DNA of 64,000 nt from Vulcanimicrobiota bacterium (GTDB taxonomy: Bacteria; Vulcanimicrobiota; Vulcanimicrobiia; Vulcanimicrobiales; Vulcanimicrobiaceae), in the NCBI GenBank assembly GCA_963777315.1, contig CAVZQC010000001.1:96001-160000 (forward strand). Reading direction: 5' to 3'. A model generated the notes under the pieces. That model saw only the letters and a program-made list of their open reading frames with translations, ran no database searches and was not told the origin of the DNA. Positions 63,528 through 64,000 of the stretch are shown in pieces; the first letter of the stretch is position 1; every line of letters begins with the position of its first letter. A program made the position numbers and the translations under genes.

Positions 63528-64000
63528 ATGTATCCCGTCGGATCGCTTTCGAGCGGCGCGGGTTCGGTCACCGAACTCGAGCGCCTCTTCGAGATCACGC
63601 GCGACGTTCTGGGCGCTCCATCGCTTGATGCAGCGCTGACTTCGCTCGCCCGCGGCGTTCGCGATTTTTTCGGCTGGCGTTTCGTCACGATGGTTGCCGC
63701 CGAAGAACCCGACGGCGAATTGAAGCGCCGCGTCATGCTCGGATATCAGGACGATGCGGTCAGCCAGCGCTTGTACGAAACGATCGATCGCACCGCGTTC
63801 GACGGAATGCTCAAGCAGGCCGTCCGATTTTTTGAAGACTGCTATTTCTTTCCCGCGGAACGCGAAGCCCATTGGGAGCGCTCGATCTATACGGGCGCCA
63901 ATCCCAACGGCGCGGTGCGCAAATATCCCAGTCAGTGGCACGAACGCGACGCCTTGGTGCTAACATTGCACGACCGCGACGGCGTGATGATCGGCTACAT
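63528..64000 (+). CDS. GAF-like sensor domain protein, 3'-truncated by window edge
   Basis: Open frame MYPVGSL...LFEITRDVL...WHERDALVLTLHDRDGVMIGY to the end of the window. Confidence 0.7.
   Translation, partial: MYPVGSLSSGAGSVTELERLFEITRDVLGAPSLDAALTSLARGVRDFFGWRFVTMVAAEEPDGELKRRVMLGYQDDAVSQRLYETIDRTAFDGMLKQAVRFFEDCYFFPAEREAHWERSIYTGANPNGAVRKYPSQWHERDALVLTLHDRDGVMIGY

Overview
High-GC bacterial chromosomal segment. The gene repertoire (TonB receptor, Firmicutes-like miaB-mutS-mutL-miaA-hfq order, GerMN-amidase-murI, SpoIIE-type phosphatases, cyclase-STAND-TPR protein) suggests a diderm Terrabacteria lineage such as Candidatus Eremiobacterota; this is inference, not tested. Layout: (i) 1-15 kb is housekeeping (msrB, oppDF, secG, dxs, desaturase, infA, murI, amidase). 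(ii) 15-24.6 kb is a general-stress and partner-switching cluster (PP2C phosphatase, anti-sigma kinase, DUF72, USP, Mn-catalase) plus a PNGase A-family lipoprotein. (iii) About 24.6-42.7 kb is an accessory patchwork of small regulator-plus-target cassettes with visible operators (SoxR, BlaI, HxlR), two gene remnants and an intact IS3 that splits a 243-aa gene, all lying downstream of the tmRNA 3' end. (iv) 42.7-64 kb is core genes (ssrA, uvrC, tRNA-Pro, trkA pair, dapF, hfq, miaA, mutL, mutS, miaB, der, plsY, efp). The best candidate for an undescribed system is a SoxR-controlled operon (SoxR box inside a 19-bp-spacer promoter) driving an SDR and a non-canonical QueA-like protein. Also notable: three genes that appear to need near-cognate start codons (ATT, CTG, ATA), a tmRNA with an atypical T-arm, and an infA/Zn-ribbon/desaturase block. 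All product calls come from motif recognition by eye; no database search was run.
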